Assembly: GCA_045648985.1 (NCBI GenBank)
Contig: JAZROZ010000027.1
Span: 80,326-144,325 of the forward strand
DNA from: Clostridia bacterium
GTDB lineage: Bacteria > Bacillota > Clostridia > UBA1381 > UBA9506
Length of the DNA: 64,000 nucleotides
Direction of reading: 5' to 3'
Shown: positions 9,989 to 21,783 of the stretch, piece by piece
How positions within the stretch are numbered: the first letter of the stretch is position 1
Layout of the letters: each line of letters begins with the position of its first letter
Notes under the pieces: generated by a model
Database searches by the model: none
What the model saw: only the letters and a program-made list of their open reading frames with translations
Told to the model about the DNA's origin: nothing
Translations under genes and position numbers: made by a program

Positions 9989-11548
9989 TTACATCAGTGG
10001 CGCAAAAAGTCTTAAAAGTCTTTGAGCCGTTCTTACAAAAATATTTTCTTTTAAGTCTTTAGCCGTTATTTCGGTGCAGTGTTTTAATGTGCATAAAAAG
10101 TCGTTTTTGATATTTTCTAAAGCGCTTGATGCGTGTATCAGAAGACCACATTCAAAGTGAAGATAAAGGCTTCTGTAGTCTGCATTTATTGTGCCGACGG
10201 TTGCTATTTTGTCATCTGACAGGAATGTTTTTGAATGAATAAAGCCGTTAGTATATTCATAAATCTTAACACCTGCATCTATCAGCTCGGGATAGTATGA
10301 GCGAGTTGTCATATGGACATATGCTTTATCGGGAATATGGGGTGTGATAATTTTGACATCAACACCGCTTTTTGCCGCTTCACAAAGTGCATATGACATA
10401 GAGTTTTCCAAAATGAGATATGGTGTGGTGATGTAGAGATAATCACAAGCTCTGTTGATTATGGACATATACACGTGTTCACCTACGGTGTCACTATCAC
10501 GTGGCCTGTCACAATACGGCTGAACAAAACCGTCAGAGGCTTCGCTAAAATCTGATTTATACTTTAAAAAGTCAGTATCCTCAGGTCTTAACACGTTCCA
10601 CATTTGTAAAAACATTAAGGTGAAGCTCCATACGGCCTGGCCTTTTATCATTACAGCGGTATCTTTCCAATGTCCCAGTCTTTTTTGCACGTTGATGTAC
10701 TCGTCACCGATGTTGATGCCGCCTGTATAAGCCGTTTTTCCGTCTATTACCGCAATCTTTCTGTGGTCGCGGTTGTTTTGTATTGTAGAAAGAATTGGCG
10801 AAAAGGGATTAAAAATTACGCATTTTATGCCCTTTTGCTCGAGTGTTTTGTGATAGTTTTTAGGAAGCAGCATAAAACAGCCGATGTCGTCAAAGATTAC
10901 TCTTACTTCGACACCTTCTTTTACTTTTTTTTCAAGAACGCGCAGGATAGTATCCCACATTATTCCTTTTGCTATTATAAAGTATTCTAAAAATATAAAT
11001 TTTTCAGCATTTTCAAGCTCATAAATCAGGCTTTCAAACTTCTTTTCTCCAGCTTCAAAATACTTAATGCTTGTGTTTTCATATACAGGAAAGCCCTTAT
11101 ATGAAGAAAGATATTTTGCTGTTTGATAGTTATTTATGTCGAAAGCTTTTAGTTTTTCTTCAGTTTTTATATCTTTGGCAAGCAGCGGCATTGTTTTTTC
11201 TTCTATGTCCGAAAAAGCCTTTTCAGTTTTATTGGCTTTCCCCTGAAACTGCATTGCAAGATACAGTACACCGCCGAAAAATGGAAAGGCAAGTATAAGC
11301 ACCATCCACGTCAGCTTATAAGCAGGTTTATCTTCTATTCCCAAGATATATATAGCTACAATATAACTGATTATTGACATTATAGGGGCAAAAAGCGAAA
11401 AGCTTGTTCCTGCCCTTAAAAACATCAGTGCGATTAAGAAAAGCTGCAATAAAAGAAGAGCGATGACAAATACACGTCGCCTTAAAACCATACGCATCCA
11501 TTTAGGTTTTTGATTAGAACTGATTTTCTTGTTATCATTAGTTTTCAT
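9989..11548 (-). CDS. cls: Cardiolipin synthase (PLD superfamily)
   Basis: Two N-terminal TM helices and two HKD motifs (HRKIAVIDGKTAYTGGINIGDEY; HSKTFLSDDKIATVGTINADYRS). Confidence 0.85.
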   Translation of the reverse strand: MKTNDNKKISSNQKPKWMRMVLRRRVFVIALLLLQLFLIALMFLRAGTSFSLFAPIMSIISYIVAIYILGIEDKPAYKLTWMVLILAFPFFGGVLYLAMQFQGKANKTEKAFSDIEEKTMPLLAKDIKTEEKLKAFDINNYQTAKYLSSYKGFPVYENTSIKYFEAGEKKFESLIYELENAEKFIFLEYFIIAKGIMWDTILRVLEKKVKEGVEVRVIFDDIGCFMLLPKNYHKTLEQKGIKCVIFNPFSPILSTIQNNRDHRKIAVIDGKTAYTGGINIGDEYINVQKRLGHWKDTAVMIKGQAVWSFTLMFLQMWNVLRPEDTDFLKYKSDFSEASDGFVQPYCDRPRDSDTVGEHVYMSIINRACDYLYITTPYLILENSMSYALCEAAKSGVDVKIITPHIPDKAYVHMTTRSYYPELIDAGVKIYEYTNGFIHSKTFLSDDKIATVGTINADYRSLYLHFECGLLIHASSALENIKNDFLCTLKHCTEITAKDLKENIFVRTAQRLLRLFAPLM

Positions 11549-11590
11549 AGATGATTTACCTCCTCTTTTATTTTTATAAAATTTTAAATT

Positions 11591-11622
11591 AAAATGGTGC
11601 AGAGATTATTCTGCACCATTTT
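11591..11622 (-). terminator. groEL terminator hairpin
   Basis: AAAATGGTGCAGA gattat TCTGCACCATTTT, about 20 nt past the groEL stop. Confidence 0.65.
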
Positions 11623-11641
11623 AATATTTTTAAATCATCGA

Positions 11642-13624
<1,983 letters not shown>

Positions 13625-13636
13625 TTACCTCTTTTG

Positions 13637-13663
13637 TTAGCACTCGTACCAAGGGAGTGCTAA
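13637..13663 (-). promoter_or_regulatory. CIRCE operator (HrcA binding site)
   Basis: TTAGCACTC-N9-GAGTGCTAA is a perfect match to the CIRCE consensus, 64 nt upstream of the groES start. Confidence 0.92.
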
Positions 13664-13673
13664 TTCATTTATT

Positions 13674-13702
13674 ATATTACTAGTTATTGGTTTTTTTAGC
13701 AA
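13674..13702 (-). promoter_or_regulatory. Putative sigma-A promoter of groES-groEL
   Basis: On the - strand: TTGCTA, 17 nt, TAATAT, directly upstream of CIRCE. Confidence 0.5.
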
Positions 13703-13899
13703 ATATTATGACATAGTAAAAATCAAAAATAAGTCGCTAGTTCTTTGATTTTCGCCACATATCTTTTAATTACTCGGATTTTCATCTATTAAAAGTTTGT
13801 ACATAAATAGGAAATAAAACATATTGCATTATTATTTTCTTTATGATAATATGAATAAAAATATACATAATATGTTAAGTATTTAAAAGGAACAATAAA

Positions 13900-15126
13900 A
13901 TGAAAAAATATGATGCCATAGTAATCGGCGGTGGCGCGGCAGGAATGATAGCTGCAGGCAAAGCTGCAGAATCAGGAAAAAGCGTTCTGCTGGTTGAAAA
14001 GAATGAAAAGCTTGGAAAAAAGGTATATATAACAGGAAAAGGCAGGTGTAATGTAACAAATTCGGCTGACCTTACTGATATGATAAAAAATATACCAATA
14101 AATGGCAGGTTTATGTATAGCGCTCTTTCCGTTTTTTCAAATTGGGACCTCGTGGGACTTTTATATGAAAACGGAACACCGATTAAAGAAGAACGCGGGG
14201 GAAGAATGTTTCCCGAAAGTGATAAGTCATCGGATATCATAAAAGCTCTTTCTAAATATGCCTTAAAGGAAAATGTCACATTGGTTTGCGATGAGGCAGA
14301 TGCCCTTATTATTAATGATAAAAAAGCAGAGGGTGTGGTTTTAAAGAAAGGCGGAAGAGTATTTGCAGACAGAGTAATTGTTGCAACGGGCGGAAAAAGC
14401 TATCCACAAACAGGCTCAACAGGTGACGGATACAGATTTGCTCGTTTAGCAGGGCATACTGTAATTCCTCCGCTCGCAGCCCTGGTGCCTCTTGTGACAA
14501 GAGAAAAATGGGTTAAAGAGCTTCAGGGGTTGTCGCTTAAAAACGTTGGAATTAAGCTGACTGATTCAAATGATAAATTAATATATGAAGATTTTGGCGA
14601 AATGCTATTTACTCATTTTGGTCTGTCGGGCCCTGTGATACTTTCATCAAGTATTCATGTAAATGAAGAAAAAGGGAAAGAGTATAAGATAAAAATAGAT
14701 TTAAAGCCGGCACTCGATTTTGATATGCTTGACAAACGTCTTTTAAGGGATTTTGAGGAGTCAAAAAACAAAGACTTTGCAAACAGCTTAGATGGACTTC
14801 TTCCTAAAAAACTGATACCTGTAATTATTAAAGAGTCGGGGATAAATCCTAAAAAGAAGATTAACGAAATTACAAGAAAAGAGCGCACAGAACTTTGTAC
14901 GCTCCTTAAAAATTTTGAGTTTAGTATTGTGGGTTTAAGACCGATAGCAGAAGCCATAGTGACAAAAGGTGGTGTATCGGTTGATGAGATTAACCCGAAA
15001 ACTATGGAATCAAAGTTAATAGATGGTCTTTACTTTGCAGGCGAAGTGCTAGATGTATGTGCCTATACAGGCGGCTTTAATCTGCAGATTGCCTTTTCAA
15101 CGGGATATAGTGCAGGTACTCTGTGA
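13900..15126 (+). CDS. NAD(P)/FAD-dependent oxidoreductase, HI0933/BaiN-like flavoprotein
   Basis: N-terminal YDAIVIGGGAAGMIAAGKAAESG dinucleotide-binding motif, GRCNVTN, and C-terminal GLYFAGEVLDV..GGFNLQ. Confidence 0.8.
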   Translation: MKKYDAIVIGGGAAGMIAAGKAAESGKSVLLVEKNEKLGKKVYITGKGRCNVTNSADLTDMIKNIPINGRFMYSALSVFSNWDLVGLLYENGTPIKEERGGRMFPESDKSSDIIKALSKYALKENVTLVCDEADALIINDKKAEGVVLKKGGRVFADRVIVATGGKSYPQTGSTGDGYRFARLAGHTVIPPLAALVPLVTREKWVKELQGLSLKNVGIKLTDSNDKLIYEDFGEMLFTHFGLSGPVILSSSIHVNEEKGKEYKIKIDLKPALDFDMLDKRLLRDFEESKNKDFANSLDGLLPKKLIPVIIKESGINPKKKINEITRKERTELCTLLKNFEFSIVGLRPIAEAIVTKGGVSVDEINPKTMESKLIDGLYFAGEVLDVCAYTGGFNLQIAFSTGYSAGTL

Positions 15127-15138
15127 GAATAAGAATTT

Positions 15139-15795
15139 TCATTTCCCTTTAGGACACACCTTCATACAGATTCCGCAAACTGCACCTCTTCCGATGTGCT
15201 GAAACTTCTCTTTCATAAATTTACTGCAAGCTAAAGCATCAATAATAGGTTCATCAGGTTTTTCGGGATTAAATTCCTTTCCCGAAAGAGCCATCGCAGG
15301 ACATGCCTTTATGCACAAATCACAACACGCGCAAAGGCTTTCTTTGATTGGTTCTTTAAAGCCTTCTGATAAATCACAATCTGTGATGATAGTGCCAAGC
15401 CTGACTCTTGGGCCGTATTTTTCGGATATAAACATTGCATTTTTGCCGATTGTGCCAATTCCTGCATTTACTGCCATTTGCTTATGCGACAAAAGTCCCT
15501 TTTTTCCCTCTATTGACTGAGATGCAGGAATACATACATAGCGATATCCGTTTTGCTCTAAGATGATTCCTATTCTTAATAAAATGTGGTCAATGAGAGC
15601 ATTTACAGTCCTGTAATGGTGAAAATATGTATGAGTAGGGCTATCTCCGATTGCATCAACTACGGCGGAGGATAATTTTATTAAAATAGTTACAGCATAG
15701 TTAAGTCCATCGTATTCTTGGGGTGGCGTTACTTGCGAAAAACCAACATCGCCTGCCCCCAGAAAAAAAGCTAAATCTTTTATTTTGTTAATCAT
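15139..15795 (-). CDS. QueG/reductive-dehalogenase-related 4Fe-4S protein
   Basis: HKQMAVNAGIGTIGKNAMFISEKYGPRVRLGTIITD motif plus two Cys clusters (CACCDLCIKACP; CGICMKVCP). Confidence 0.55.
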   Translation of the reverse strand: MINKIKDLAFFLGAGDVGFSQVTPPQEYDGLNYAVTILIKLSSAVVDAIGDSPTHTYFHHYRTVNALIDHILLRIGIILEQNGYRYVCIPASQSIEGKKGLLSHKQMAVNAGIGTIGKNAMFISEKYGPRVRLGTIITDCDLSEGFKEPIKESLCACCDLCIKACPAMALSGKEFNPEKPDEPIIDALACSKFMKEKFQHIGRGAVCGICMKVCPKGK

Positions 15796-15951
15796 GTTTT
15801 CACTTCCTTTGCAGTAGTAATTTTATCATATTTACAGTGAAGGTACAATTCTTTTTGCTAAAAAACTAAAAAATATTAAATAGTACTTGCTTTTTTTAGT
15901 ATTTTAATTTAAAATATATATAGAGAAAAAAGAAAATTTTGGAGGTATTTT

Positions 15952-16509
15952 ATGATTTCAGCTGGTGAATTTAGAAACGGCATAACATTTGAATTTGAAG
16001 GAAACGTATATCAGATTGTGGAGTTCCAACATGTAAAACCGGGTAAAGGTGCTGCGTTTGTAAGAACAAAGCTTAAAAACGTTATAACAGGCGGCATTGT
16101 TGAAAAAACTTTCCGTCCTACAGAAAAAATGCCAAAAGCTCACATTGACAGAAAGAGTATGTCATATTCATATAGTGATGGAGATTTATATTATTTCATG
16201 GATAATGAAACATTTGATATGATGCCACTTGGCACAGATGCTTTAGGTGATGCACTTAAGTATGTTACAGAAAATATGAATGTTACTGTTCTTTCATACA
16301 AAGGCAATGTATTCGGTGTAGAACCGCCTACATTTGTAGAGCTTGAAATTGCAGAAACAGAGCCTGGTGTTAAGGGTGATACTGCAACAGGTGCAACAAA
16401 ACCGGCTACACTTGAAACAGGTGCTACAATCAACATCCCGCTCTTTGTTAACCAGGGCGACAGAATCAGAGTTGACACAAGAACAGGCGAATACATGGAA
16501 AGAGTATAA
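15952..16509 (+). CDS. efp: Translation elongation factor P
   Basis: [31 protein letters not shown], 185 aa. Confidence 0.95.
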   Translation: MISAGEFRNGITFEFEGNVYQIVEFQHVKPGKGAAFVRTKLKNVITGGIVEKTFRPTEKMPKAHIDRKSMSYSYSDGDLYYFMDNETFDMMPLGTDALGDALKYVTENMNVTVLSYKGNVFGVEPPTFVELEIAETEPGVKGDTATGATKPATLETGATINIPLFVNQGDRIRVDTRTGEYMERV

Positions 16510-16544
16510 GATTTATTAATTTTGAAAGGAGAGGCAAAGCTTTT

Positions 16545-17000
16545 TTGCCGACAAATATAATGGGATATCTGACAGAACAGGTTGCCTACTTAAAAGGACT
16601 TGCTGAAGGAATGAAAATTGACGAGTCAACAAACGAGGGAAAGCTTCTTATAAGCATAATAGGAGTTTTAGACGAAATCGCTTCAAATATGGAAGATTTA
16701 AATGAAGAAATGATTGAAAGTGAAGCAAGAATTGATGAACTTGAAGATCTTTCAGCAGATATTTTAGAAGAGCTTGACGGTTGTGATTGTGATGACTGCG
16801 ACTGCGATTGTGATGATTGTGATTGCGACTGTGAGTATGATGAAGACGAAGAAGATCTTGATTTTTACGAAGTAGAATGTCCTAACTGCAAAGAAAAGGT
16901 TTACTTTGATGAAGATATGATTGCTGAAGACGAGCTCTTTTGTCCTAATTGCGAAGAAAAAATTGAAATTGAATTCGATGAAGAGTTTGATGAAGAATAA
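16545..17000 (+). CDS. Acidic protein with (Cys-Asp)n run and C-terminal CPNC..CPNC zinc ribbon (CD1247-like family, from memory)
   Basis: TTG start 10 nt after AAAGGAGAGG (alternative ATG at 16560). CDCDDCDCDCDDCDCDC is encoded at 16782-16832. Two CPNC pairs. Confidence 0.6.
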   Translation: MPTNIMGYLTEQVAYLKGLAEGMKIDESTNEGKLLISIIGVLDEIASNMEDLNEEMIESEARIDELEDLSADILEELDGCDCDDCDCDCDDCDCDCEYDEDEEDLDFYEVECPNCKEKVYFDEDMIAEDELFCPNCEEKIEIEFDEEFDEE

Positions 17001-17009
17001 CAATTAAGT

Positions 17010-17055
17010 AAAAGGAGCTGTATCAAAATGAAATTCATTTTGATACAGCTCCTTC
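17010..17055. repeat. Long hairpin family, copy 2; probable bidirectional terminator
   Basis: AAGGAGCTGTATCAAAATGAA / TTCATTTTGATACAGCTCCTT. Differs from copy 1 by one compensated base pair (G:C to T:A). Confidence 0.75.
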
Positions 17056-17094
17056 GTTTTGCTATTTTGATATGTAAATCGTTAAATTAATAAA

Positions 17095-18492
17095 TTAAAG
17101 CCCTAATGCTTTTACCCAGATGTTTGTAACAGCTTTTGCTGATTCCATATCGCTCATTTCACAGAAAATTCTAAGGAGCGGTTCAGTACCGGAAAAACGT
17201 GCAATAATCCAGCCGCCGTTTTTAAATGTAACCTTGCAGCCGTCTTCATAGCTTACGCGCTCGATTTCATATCCGAAATCAGGCAAAATCTTTTTGTTAA
17301 AGAGAATATCTGTAAGCTCGTCTTTTTTTGCCTGAGAGAATTTTGTATCAAATTCGCTCATTTCCGTTTCGCCGTATTTTTCGTGTATCTCAGCTAATAT
17401 TTCAGAAATCTTTTTGCCGCAAACACAAATCATTTCAACCAAGAGTGCCGAAGCAAAAATTCCATCTTTTCCTTTGATGTGTCCTCTTATTGAAAGTCCA
17501 CCTGATGATTCACCGCCGATGAGGGCATCAACTTCTTCCATTTTACCCGAAATATGCTTAAATCCAACAGGAACTTCGTGACATTTTTGTCCGAAATCTT
17601 CTGCAATTCTGTCAAGGAGTGATGTTGTTGCAACGTTTCTTACAATATCGCCTCTCCAGCCTTTATATTTTAAGAGGTAATATGAAAGAAGAGCAAGAAT
17701 CTTGTTAGGATGAATAAATGTTCCCTCGTCATCAATAACACCAACACGGTCAGCATCTCCGTCTGTACCTATACCGATGTCATAACCTTTATCTACAACA
17801 AGCTCACGAAGACGTGTAAGTGTTGCAGCAGAGGGTGACGGGAGCTTGCCGCCAAATAGTGTGTCGTGTCTGTCGTTTATTATATCAACTTCACCTCTTG
17901 CTGTCATAAGTACTGTCTGAAGACACGTTCTTGAAACGCCATACATCGGGTCGAGTAAAATTCTAAGATGTGACTTTTTGATGGCATCCATATTAATCAT
18001 ATCAATGATTCCGTCTAAGAACTCGTTTGTTGTGTCGATTAATTTGATTTTGCCCTGAGCAACGCCATCTTCAAAGCTCATAGATTTTACATCTACACCT
18101 TTTTCAATTCTTTCTTCAAATGTTTTTGTAATCGAAATATCAGCATCTCTGCCGCCTCTTACAAATACTTTGATGCCGTTATATTCAGCAGGGTTGTGGC
18201 TTGCTGTAACAGCCATTCCGTATTTTGTATCAAGCATTTTAACTGTAAACATAACAAGTGGTGTTGGTGCAATTTTGTTTATAAAATGTACTGTAATACC
18301 ATTTGCTGCAAAAACTTCAGCTGCCCACTTTGCGCCGATGTCTGACAAAAATCTTCTGTCGTAACCAATAACGATACCTTTGTTGTCATCTTTCATATCG
18401 TCTGCTATAGCCTGAGCAAGAGTTACAATGTTAGATTTTATGAACTCATCGCCGATTATTGCTCTCCAGCCACCTGTACCGAATTTTATCAT
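17095..18492 (-). CDS. Phosphoglucomutase/phosphomannomutase family (alpha-D-phosphohexomutase)
   Basis: Active-site TASHNPAEYNGIKV, metal loop GTDGDADR, sugar loop GGESSGG. Confidence 0.85.
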   Translation of the reverse strand: MIKFGTGGWRAIIGDEFIKSNIVTLAQAIADDMKDDNKGIVIGYDRRFLSDIGAKWAAEVFAANGITVHFINKIAPTPLVMFTVKMLDTKYGMAVTASHNPAEYNGIKVFVRGGRDADISITKTFEERIEKGVDVKSMSFEDGVAQGKIKLIDTTNEFLDGIIDMINMDAIKKSHLRILLDPMYGVSRTCLQTVLMTARGEVDIINDRHDTLFGGKLPSPSAATLTRLRELVVDKGYDIGIGTDGDADRVGVIDDEGTFIHPNKILALLSYYLLKYKGWRGDIVRNVATTSLLDRIAEDFGQKCHEVPVGFKHISGKMEEVDALIGGESSGGLSIRGHIKGKDGIFASALLVEMICVCGKKISEILAEIHEKYGETEMSEFDTKFSQAKKDELTDILFNKKILPDFGYEIERVSYEDGCKVTFKNGGWIIARFSGTEPLLRIFCEMSDMESAKAVTNIWVKALGL

Positions 18493-18656
18493 TTTTTATC
18501 CCCTTTTCTATTTGTGCTTTATATTTTTTTAACATTATATAACACTTTGGAAAACGTGTCTTTATAAAATTCTTAACTTTTTTTACAATTTTCTTTACAT
18601 TATAACCAAAAACAGTTATAATGGGTATATAGCTATAATTTAAAGGAGAATAAAAT

Positions 18657-19829
18657 GTGCTTGAAAATATTACACCGCTGAGCTTTTCTCCATACGGAAA
18701 AGTAGTGAGAACATCCTTTGCAGCAAGCGCTCAAAGTCTTGGCTATTCAATAATCAAAACACGTGAAGTTACACATAGTCGTTTTAACAAGCTTTTTTAT
18801 GACCCTGAAAATAAAACTGTTCTTGATATTTATGACGGGACGGCTATTTTATTTGTCGGAAATTCACAGTTTGAACTTAAAATGTTTTTGCTTGACAAGA
18901 TTGTTGAAATAAACGAGGGAGTCTACTATTATGTTGTTCCGCTTGTGAGCCGTGCCACTATTATGATTGCCTCTTCTGATGACACGCAAAAAGTTGCAGT
19001 CAGCGCGCAGACAAGACCACCTAATATTCTCCCTGTAATAGAGCCAAGAGAGATATATACATTTTTCTATCACGAAAAGGAAAGAGGATTTGTTTTCAGG
19101 GGCGAAAAACATGAGTTCTGGGAGCTTACATACGTAGATACAGGTGAGATGCATAATGTTGTTGACGGAGTAGACTATAAACTCAGTCAGGGCGAAATTA
19201 TGCTGTTTGCACCCGGTCAGTTCCACAACCAGTATGCTGACGAAAATGTAAATGTGTGTTATGTCACTATTGCATTTAGAATGGATAACATTGATGAGAG
19301 GTTATTAAAGGATATTGTCTTTTGTGCAGATGGTGAGATTAAGTCTTTAATAAAAAAGATGCTCTCTGAAAGAGAGGGGAAAAAGACTTTTTCACAAGAT
19401 TTGATGCTTTGCTACCTGAAAGAGACTGTAATATATTTGGTTCGTACCAAGCAACTTGAAAAAGCAACAGAAACAGCATTTAAGCCTTTCAAACAAAATA
19501 TAGAAACAGATATCGTTGAGTCTGCCAAAGCACATATAAGAGAAAATATATCAAAAAGGTTCAATATTTCTGATATAGCTGAGAGTATCCCTATATCCGA
19601 CAGTTATTTATCTGTTTTATTTAAAAAAAATACGGGGCAAACTCTTAATTCATATATAACAAGCAGAAAAATGGAAATTGCTAAAGCTTATATAAGAGAG
19701 AACAGGTATACATTTACTCAGATTTCAAATATGGTAGGGTATAATAATGTGCATTATTTTTCCGCAAGCTTTAAGAAGCATTTTGGGATGACCCCAACGG
19801 AATATGCAAATTCAATAAATCAAAAGTGA
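18657..19829 (+). CDS. AraC family transcriptional regulator with cupin sensor and an extra N-terminal beta-barrel-like region
   Basis: GTG start after AAAGGAG. C-terminal AraC HTH (..VGYNNVHYFSASFKKHFGMTPTEY), central cupin (GEIMLFAPGQFH), and ~130 additional N-terminal residues. Confidence 0.8.
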   Translation: MLENITPLSFSPYGKVVRTSFAASAQSLGYSIIKTREVTHSRFNKLFYDPENKTVLDIYDGTAILFVGNSQFELKMFLLDKIVEINEGVYYYVVPLVSRATIMIASSDDTQKVAVSAQTRPPNILPVIEPREIYTFFYHEKERGFVFRGEKHEFWELTYVDTGEMHNVVDGVDYKLSQGEIMLFAPGQFHNQYADENVNVCYVTIAFRMDNIDERLLKDIVFCADGEIKSLIKKMLSEREGKKTFSQDLMLCYLKETVIYLVRTKQLEKATETAFKPFKQNIETDIVESAKAHIRENISKRFNISDIAESIPISDSYLSVLFKKNTGQTLNSYITSRKMEIAKAYIRENRYTFTQISNMVGYNNVHYFSASFKKHFGMTPTEYANSINQK

Positions 19830-19879
19830 GGAATGAATTATGAAAACTTATTATGTAAAAAAAAACAAACATTGACAAT

Positions 19880-20443
19880 GTGCCGATTTCTTCTCCTGAG
19901 TGGGAAAAAGCAGAAGCTATACTCATTGATACTCCTGCACCGGGAAGCGTCTACTCTCCTGAAACAAAAGCATGGCTCCTGCATTCAGAAAAAGGCTTGA
20001 CACTTAAAATGGAGACAGAAGAAAAACCCTTAGTAACAGAAATCAAAGAACGTAATGGGATGGTATGTGAGGACAGTTGTATGGAATTTTTTATCCGTCC
20101 CGAAAATGATAAGAGATATCTTAATTTTGAAATCAATCCGATTAAGACACTGCATCTCGGCTTGGGAGCGGGAAGATATGACAGAACATTTCCCGAAATT
20201 CCTGACGAAGCTTTCGATATGGAATGTACGTTTGAAAATGATAAATGGCAGCTTAAAGTATTTATATCATATGAAGTGATTGACAAAATATTTGGCCCAC
20301 ATACGGATGTCTTCTACGGCAACTTCTATAAATGCGGTGATAAAACTCCAAAGATTCATTATCTTATGTGGAATCCGGTGGAAACTCCGGAAGCTGACTT
20401 CCATCTTTCTGAATTTTTCGGCAAGATAATACTTGTAAAATAA
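19880..20443 (+). CDS. Carbohydrate-binding family 9-like protein; 5' end apparently frameshifted at an A9 tract (SD and ATG at 19840)
   Basis: SPEWEKAE..EDSCMEFFI..YLNFEINP..YGNFYKCGD pattern. GTG 19880 has no SD. GAGG plus ATG at 19840 is one nucleotide out of frame across A9 (19857-19865). Confidence 0.6.
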   Translation: MPISSPEWEKAEAILIDTPAPGSVYSPETKAWLLHSEKGLTLKMETEEKPLVTEIKERNGMVCEDSCMEFFIRPENDKRYLNFEINPIKTLHLGLGAGRYDRTFPEIPDEAFDMECTFENDKWQLKVFISYEVIDKIFGPHTDVFYGNFYKCGDKTPKIHYLMWNPVETPEADFHLSEFFGKIILVK

Positions 20444-20455
20444 ACAACATAAAAT

Positions 20456-20496
20456 AAAAAAATGGTATGCAAAAATTTTTTGCATACCATTTTTTT
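20456..20496 (+). terminator. Rho-independent terminator after the CBM9-like gene
   Basis: AAAAATGGTATGCAAAAA / TTTTTGCATACCATTTTTTT. Confidence 0.75.
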
Positions 20497-20589
20497 AACT
20501 TATTATAATATTTTTGAAAAACAGTCAATAATATATTATATGAAAAATAAACGGGGGAGAATGGAATAGTAAAAAACAGGAGGAAGAAA

Positions 20590-21783
20590 ATGTTAAGGCG
20601 AAAAAAGTGTATTGCGATGCTGCTTGCCGGCGGTCAGGGCAGCAGACTCGGAGTTCTTACAAAAAAAGTTGCTAAACCTGCCGTATCTTTTGGTGGTAAA
20701 TACAGAATTATAGATTTTACCCTCTCAAACTGTGTAAATTCAGGAATTGACACAGTGGGCATACTTACGCAGTATAAGCCGATGGAGCTTAATGAATATA
20801 TCGGTAACGGTCAGCCGTGGGGTCTTGATAGAAACTCGGGCGGTGTCCATATCTTAGCACCGTATGCAAGGACAAAATCACGCGAATGGTATAAAGGAAC
20901 GGCAAACGCAATTTATCAAAATATCAATTTTGCTGACCGTTTTGAGGCGAAAAATGTTGTAATACTTTCAGGCGACCATATATATAAAATGGACTACTCA
21001 AAAATGGTTTCAGAGCACGAAAAACAAAAAGCAGATTGCACAATAGCCGTGATAGATGTACCGCTTTGTGAGGCAAGCCGTTTTGGAATTATGAATACAA
21101 AAGAAGACGGAACTATCTATGAATTTGAAGAAAAACCGAAAAAGCCTAAAAGCACGAAGGCTTCAATGGGCGTCTATGTTTTTCGTTGGGATGTTTTGAG
21201 GGAGTATCTTTTAGAAGATGAAGAAGACGCGAAATCTGCGCACGATTTTGGGAAAAATATCATCCCTAAAATGCTTGTCGGTGGCAAAAAGCTTTTAGCA
21301 TATTCTTTAGACGGTTACTGGAAAGATGTCGGCACAATAGAAAGCTTATGGGAAGCGAATATGGACTTGATAAAAGAGAATAGTCCCTTAAAGCTTGATG
21401 ATGATAAACTGAGAATTTATGCAAGAAACTACAACAGTCCGCCAACATTTATAGCTGATGGCGCAGAATGTATCGATTCGATGATAACAAAAGGCTGCGA
21501 AATAGAGGGAAGAGTGGAAAGCTCCGTTATTTCGAGTGGATGTGTGATTAAAAAAGGCGCCAAGGTCATTAAGTCTGTTATTCTGCCCGGGAGTGTAATA
21601 GAAGAGGGGGCAGAGGTCTGCTATGCGATAGTGGGAGAAAACTGTAAAATTGAAAAGGGCGCTAAAATCGGGAAAGTTTTTGAAAATGCTGACAAAAAAG
21701 AGATAACGGTTATAGGTGAGAATGTTTGCATATGCGAAAATGAAACTGTAGGTGCAGGAGAAGTAAGGGAGGAAAACACATGA
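20590..21783 (+). CDS. glgC: Glucose-1-phosphate adenylyltransferase
   Basis: [28 protein letters not shown], and a C-terminal left-handed beta-helix. Confidence 0.9.
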   Translation: MLRRKKCIAMLLAGGQGSRLGVLTKKVAKPAVSFGGKYRIIDFTLSNCVNSGIDTVGILTQYKPMELNEYIGNGQPWGLDRNSGGVHILAPYARTKSREWYKGTANAIYQNINFADRFEAKNVVILSGDHIYKMDYSKMVSEHEKQKADCTIAVIDVPLCEASRFGIMNTKEDGTIYEFEEKPKKPKSTKASMGVYVFRWDVLREYLLEDEEDAKSAHDFGKNIIPKMLVGGKKLLAYSLDGYWKDVGTIESLWEANMDLIKENSPLKLDDDKLRIYARNYNSPPTFIADGAECIDSMITKGCEIEGRVESSVISSGCVIKKGAKVIKSVILPGSVIEEGAEVCYAIVGENCKIEKGAKIGKVFENADKKEITVIGENVCICENETVGAGEVREENT

